This document shows, in pieces, positions 60,184 to 64,000 of a stretch of 64,000 bases of DNA (its first letter is position 1; the number at the start of each line of letters is the position of its first letter). The stretch is from an uncultured Pseudomonadota bacterium (GTDB taxonomy: Bacteria > Pseudomonadota > Alphaproteobacteria > Rhizobiales > Xanthobacteraceae). The notes under the pieces were generated by a model. That model ran no database searches, was not told where the DNA came from, and saw only the letters and a program-made list of their open reading frames with translations. A program made the translations under genes and the position numbers. The stretch is taken from positions 3,108 to 67,107 of the forward strand of contig CAVPGG010000115.1 of the NCBI GenBank assembly GCA_963703755.1, given 5' to 3'.

Positions 60184-61313
60184 CCGCGCCGCTACGCGCG
60201 AGCGAGCCTGTCACCGTGCGCGTCGCGCTCGACGCGCGCTCCTACGACATCGTCATCGGCCGCGCGCTGCTCGCCTCGCTCGGCAGCCGCGTCGCGGCGC
60301 TCAAGCCCGGCGCCAAGGCCGCGATCGTCACGGATGCGACGGTCGAGCGCCTTCTGCTCGCCGAGACGCAGGCCGCGCTCGCGGCCGCCGGGATCGTGCC
60401 GACCCATGTCAGCGTGCCGCCGGGCGAAGGCTCGAAGAGCATCGCGATGTTCGAGCGCGTGTGCGATGCGCTGATCGCGGCGCGCATCGAGCGCGGCGAC
60501 GTGGTCATCGCGCTCGGCGGCGGCGTGGTCGGCGACCTCGCCGGCTTCTGCGCCGCCGCGGTGCGGCGCGGCCTCGACTACGTGCAGGTGCCGACCACGC
60601 TGCTCGCCCAGGTCGATTCCTCGGTCGGCGGCAAGACGGCCATCAACTCGCGTCACGGCAAGAACCTGATCGGCGCCTTCTACCAGCCGATCCTCGTCGT
60701 CATCGACACGACGCTGCTCGACCGGCTGCCCGAGCGCCAGTTGCGCGCCGGCTACGCCGAGGTCGCGAAGTACGGCCTGCTCGGCGACGCCGGCTTCTTC
60801 GCCTGGCTCGAGGCCAATGCGGACGATCTCTTCGCCGGCCGCGCGGCGGCGCGCGAGCACGCGATCGCGACGAGCTGCCGGATGAAGGCCGATATCGTCG
60901 CCCGCGACGAGCGCGAGACCGGCGACCGCGCGCTGCTCAACCTCGGCCACACCTTCGGTCACGCCTTCGAGGCGGCCGCGGGTTTCTCCGACCGGCTGCT
61001 GCACGGCGAGGCGATCGCGCTCGGCATGGCCTTCGCGTTCGATTTTTCCGCCGGCCGCGGGCTGCTGCCGCCGGCCGACGCCGAGCGGGTCAAGCGCCAC
61101 CTTGGCGAGGTCGGGCTGCCGACCCACATCTCTCAGGTGCCCGGCGGCGTGCCGGGCGTCGACGGTTTGATGGACCTGATGGCGCAAGACAAGAAGGTGA
61201 AGCGCGGGCGGCTGACGTTCATCCTGGCGCGCGGCATCGGCCAGGCCTTCGTCGCGCACGACGTTGACGCCGGCGAGGTGCGCGCCTTCATGGCCGCCAA
61301 GCTCGCGCAATGA
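60180..61313 (+). CDS. aroB: 3-dehydroquinate synthase
   Basis: This is the tail of ORF 59550..61313, read from ATG 60180, with an ATGA overlap with aroK. It contains ..GGGVVGDLAGFCAA.., ..VQVPTTLLAQVDSSVGGKTAIN.. and ..LNLGHTFGHA... Confidence 0.92.
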   Translation: MTAPLRASEPVTVRVALDARSYDIVIGRALLASLGSRVAALKPGAKAAIVTDATVERLLLAETQAALAAAGIVPTHVSVPPGEGSKSIAMFERVCDALIAARIERGDVVIALGGGVVGDLAGFCAAAVRRGLDYVQVPTTLLAQVDSSVGGKTAINSRHGKNLIGAFYQPILVVIDTTLLDRLPERQLRAGYAEVAKYGLLGDAGFFAWLEANADDLFAGRAAAREHAIATSCRMKADIVARDERETGDRALLNLGHTFGHAFEAAAGFSDRLLHGEAIALGMAFAFDFSAGRGLLPPADAERVKRHLGEVGLPTHISQVPGGVPGVDGLMDLMAQDKKVKRGRLTFILARGIGQAFVAHDVDAGEVRAFMAAKLAQ

Positions 61314-62605
61314 CCGCCGCCGACTGGATCACCCTGCTCGCGGTCGCGCTCTGCCTCCTGGCTGCCTGCTTCTTCTCCGGCAGCGAGACGGCGCTCACCG
61401 CATCGTCGCGCGCCACCATGATGCGGCTCGCCAAGGACGGCGACGTCAAGGCCGGCATCATCCACCGGCTGCTGGAGGCGCGCGAGGAGCTGATCGGCGC
61501 GCTGCTCGTCGGCAACAACGTCGCCACCATCGCGGCCTCGACGCTCGCGACCGGCCTGCTGCTCAAGTGGTTCGGTTCGGGCGGCGTGCTCGCCGCGACC
61601 GTCATCATGACGGTCCTGATCGTCGTCTTCTGCGAGGTGCTGCCGAAGACCGCCGCGATCGACTCGCCCGACCGCTTCGCCATCGCGGCGGCCCGCCCGA
61701 TCCGCTGGGTCGTGCGCCTGCTCATGCCGGTGCTCATCGCGATCTACTGGGTGGTGTGCCGCATCCTCGCGGCGTTCGGCTTCAAGGTCGGCGAGACCAA
61801 GCCGATGCTCACGCCGCACGAGGAATTGCGCGGCGCCGTCGACCTGTTTCACCGCGAGGGCGGCGTCGAGAAGCTCGACCGCGACATGCTCGGCGGCCTG
61901 CTCGACCTGCGCGACCTCGCGGTCGGCGATGTGATGATCCATCGCACCGAGGTGATCATGGTCGATGCCGGCCAGCCGCCCGAGCAGGCGGTCGCCGCCG
62001 TGCTCGCCGCACCGGTAACCCGCGTGCCGCTGTGGCGCGAGACGCCGGAGAACATCATCGGCATCCTGCACGCCAAGGATCTCTTGCACGCGCTGCGCGA
62101 GGCCGACGGCGACGCCGCAAAGGTCGACCTCGCCAAGATCGCGCGGCCGCCCTGGTTCGTGCCGGAGATCCGGCCGCTCAGCGAGCAGCTCAAGGCGTTC
62201 CGCCGGCGCAAGACGCCGTTCGCGCTCGTCGTCGACGAGTACGGCGAGATGATGGGCATCGTCACGCTCGAGGACATTCTCGAGGAGATCGTCGGCGACA
62301 TCACCGACGAGCACGACGTCGCCGTGCCGGGCGTGCGCCCGCAGCCGGACGGCTCGGTCAATGTCGACGGCGCGGTGCCGATCCGCGATCTCAACCGGGT
62401 GATGGACTGGAACCTGCCGGACGAGGAGGCGACCACGATCGCGGGCCTCGTCATCCACGAGGCGCGACTGATCCCCGACCCCGGCCAGAGCTTCACCTTC
62501 CACGGTTTCCGCTTCCGCGTGCTGCGCCGCGAGCGCAATCGCCTGACCGCGCTGCGCATCACGCCGGTGACGAAGGCGATGGCGCGGCTCGCCGCGGCGC
62601 GCTGA
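61310..62605 (+). CDS. HlyC/CorC family transporter (DUF21/CNNM - CBS pair - CorC_HlyC)
   Basis: ORF 61310..62605 has an ATGA overlap with aroB. It has an N-terminal 4-TM DUF21 domain (..FFSGSETALT..), CBS domains, and a C-terminal ..FTFHGFRFRVL... Confidence 0.88.
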   Translation: MTAADWITLLAVALCLLAACFFSGSETALTASSRATMMRLAKDGDVKAGIIHRLLEAREELIGALLVGNNVATIAASTLATGLLLKWFGSGGVLAATVIMTVLIVVFCEVLPKTAAIDSPDRFAIAAARPIRWVVRLLMPVLIAIYWVVCRILAAFGFKVGETKPMLTPHEELRGAVDLFHREGGVEKLDRDMLGGLLDLRDLAVGDVMIHRTEVIMVDAGQPPEQAVAAVLAAPVTRVPLWRETPENIIGILHAKDLLHALREADGDAAKVDLAKIARPPWFVPEIRPLSEQLKAFRRRKTPFALVVDEYGEMMGIVTLEDILEEIVGDITDEHDVAVPGVRPQPDGSVNVDGAVPIRDLNRVMDWNLPDEEATTIAGLVIHEARLIPDPGQSFTFHGFRFRVLRRERNRLTALRITPVTKAMARLAAAR

Positions 62606-62623
62606 CCTCCGATCCGCGTCCCG

Positions 62624-63151
62624 TCACCAGGGCAGGCCGTGCAGGTCGAGCGTGCCGGTGCGCGGCGCGAGCGCAAGGTCGAGCACGTAGGGGTCCATGA
62701 CGTCGAAGCGCACGCGCCCGCGCGGCTGCATGGCGAGAACCTCGCCGGCGAACCGCTGCCAGCCGAGCTTGGCGTAGACGGGCGCGAGCCGCGGCTCGCA
62801 GAAAAGCAGCCCGAAATCCGGCCGGTGCGTGTCGGCGAGCTCGCGCATCGCGCGGCGCACCACCATGGACGCGACGCCGCGCCCGCGGCTGTCCGCGCGG
62901 GTGACGACACCGCCGATGCCGCCGATCCGCACGGGGCGGCTGTCCCACGCCCCCTCGCGCAGCGAAATGCCGGTGTGGCCGACCAGCGTGTTGGCGGCAT
63001 CGAAGGCAAGCACGCGCCAAGCGGGCGTCCCCCACGTGACGTCGCGCCACGGGAGGGCGGCGACCACCTCGGGCGACCAAATCGAGCGGATCAGGGGCGC
63101 GGCGTGCCGCCAGCCCGCGTCGGCCTGCATGATCTCGATCCGGTCGATCAC
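62624..63151 (-). CDS. GNAT family N-acetyltransferase
   Basis: ORF 62624..63151 contains the acetyl-CoA binding motif ..VVTRADSRGRGVASMVVRRAM... Confidence 0.8.
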   Translation of the reverse strand: MIDRIEIMQADAGWRHAAPLIRSIWSPEVVAALPWRDVTWGTPAWRVLAFDAANTLVGHTGISLREGAWDSRPVRIGGIGGVVTRADSRGRGVASMVVRRAMRELADTHRPDFGLLFCEPRLAPVYAKLGWQRFAGEVLAMQPRGRVRFDVMDPYVLDLALAPRTGTLDLHGLPW

Positions 63152-63196
63152 CAGCGAGCCTCGGTCCGGGTCGCGGCGTTCAGGCCGGCGCTGCCG

Positions 63197-64000
63197 TCAT
63201 TTCGCCTTCGCGGCGATCTGTTTGAGCACCGGCGCCCACGTCGCCTGCTGGTCGTGCACGAAGGCGAGCGCTTGCGCGGCATCCATCGAGCGCGAGTAGC
63301 TGCCGAGCCTGCCGAGACTCTTCTTCAGGCCCGGATCTTTGGTGACCGCGAGGAGGTCGCGGCTCACCTTGTCGATGATCGGCTGCGGCGTGCCGTTCGG
63401 CGCGACCATCACCTGCCAGCCGGTCGCGGAAAATCCGGGGATCGTCTCGGCGACCGTCGGCAGGTCGGGGAAGTCGGGAAGCCGCTCGGCCGAGGCGACC
63501 GCGATAAGCTTGAGCAGGCCGGATTTGGCCGCCGCCGCGATGCCCGAATAGCCCTCGATGATGAAGGACACGCGTCCGCCCGTCACGTCGCTCACGGCGC
63601 GCGCCGGGCCGCCGTTGTAGGGCACGAGCAGCAGCTTGATGCCGGCGCGCATCTGCAGGAGCTCGCCGGTGAGGTGCGTGAGCCGGCCGACGCCGGTCGT
63701 CGCGTAGGAGATTTCCCCGGGCTTCTGCCTGGCGAGTGCGATCAACTCCGGCAGCGTGCTCACGCCAAGCTTGGGATTGACGGCGATGAACATCGGGTTC
63801 TCGGCCGTGAACCCGATTGTCGTGAAATCGCGCGGCAGCTGCAGCGGCAGGTTCGGCACCTGGCCCGGCTGCGCGATGAAGGTCGCGAGCGCCGGCATAT
63901 AGAGTGTGTAGCCGTCGGCCGGCGCCTCGGCGGCGGCGCGCGCCGCGATGCCGCCGCTCGCACCCGGGCGGTCGATGACGATGACCTGCTGGCCCCAGAG
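63197..64000 (-). CDS. Bug/TctC family substrate-binding protein, 5' end beyond the window
   Basis: ORF 63197..63898 plus in-frame upstream sequence to the window edge (..VIVIDRPGASGGIAARAAAEAPADGYTLYMPALATF..). The C-terminal part is typical of the family (..WQVMVAPNGTPQPIIDKVSRDL..). Confidence 0.85.
   Translation of the reverse strand, partial: LWGQQVIVIDRPGASGGIAARAAAEAPADGYTLYMPALATFIAQPGQVPNLPLQLPRDFTTIGFTAENPMFIAVNPKLGVSTLPELIALARQKPGEISYATTGVGRLTHLTGELLQMRAGIKLLLVPYNGGPARAVSDVTGGRVSFIIEGYSGIAAAAKSGLLKLIAVASAERLPDFPDLPTVAETIPGFSATGWQVMVAPNGTPQPIIDKVSRDLLAVTKDPGLKKSLGRLGSYSRSMDAAQALAFVHDQQATWAPVLKQIAAKAK

Overview
This is a very GC-rich chromosomal segment. Its gene content and synteny fit an alphaproteobacterium of the Hyphomicrobiales/Rhizobiales, with Bradyrhizobium/Rhodopseudomonas-like neighbourhoods: erpA-dgt-argS-SPOR, phaR/phaA-phaB, prmC-prfA-ptsP-lysC/ubiG, argJ-mutT, secA, accA-xerD and aroK-aroB. 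The taxon is an inference. I recognise about 70 protein genes, nearly all housekeeping or transport. I found no rRNA, tRNA, CRISPR array, transposase or phage gene. Accessory-looking content is limited to five items: a vapBC toxin-antitoxin pair lying against a 5'-truncated solute-receptor gene; a cluster of two amidohydrolases, a PhtD-like gene, a TctC receptor and a LysR regulator; an MBOAT acyltransferase pair; a MarR-EmrA-EmrB efflux operon; and an orphan Flp pilin. Two peculiarities dominate. (i) The left ~8 kb (SPOR, argS, dgt, erpA, MBOAT pair, xthA) is riddled with frame-breaking indels. Five genes further right (emrB, prmC, prfA, lysC, accA) each carry one 1-nt frameshift. Because essential genes are hit, sequence or assembly error is the simplest reading. 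(ii) Intergenic space holds several families of structured palindromic repeats, some with different but still complementary stems between copies. The most interesting single items are: a 72-aa stand-alone PhaR-N-domain ORF translationally coupled to phaR; a LysR regulator with two tandem wHTH modules; a GGDEF-EAL protein degenerate in both catalytic motifs; twin CTAGTGCC-terminated hairpins upstream of argJ; a duplicated 47-bp hairpin unit around the marR/DUF1345 spacer; and a 50-aa membrane ORF below the ORF-track cutoff. I did not find a convincing novel multi-gene system, and nothing here resembles a defence island. Technical note: the true frames of most of argS, of dgt and of the SPOR N-terminus are absent from the supplied ORF track. 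That minus frame appears to stay open to the left window edge, so I translated those parts by hand. Many long Arg/Ala-rich ORFs in the track are alternate-frame or antisense artefacts of high GC.
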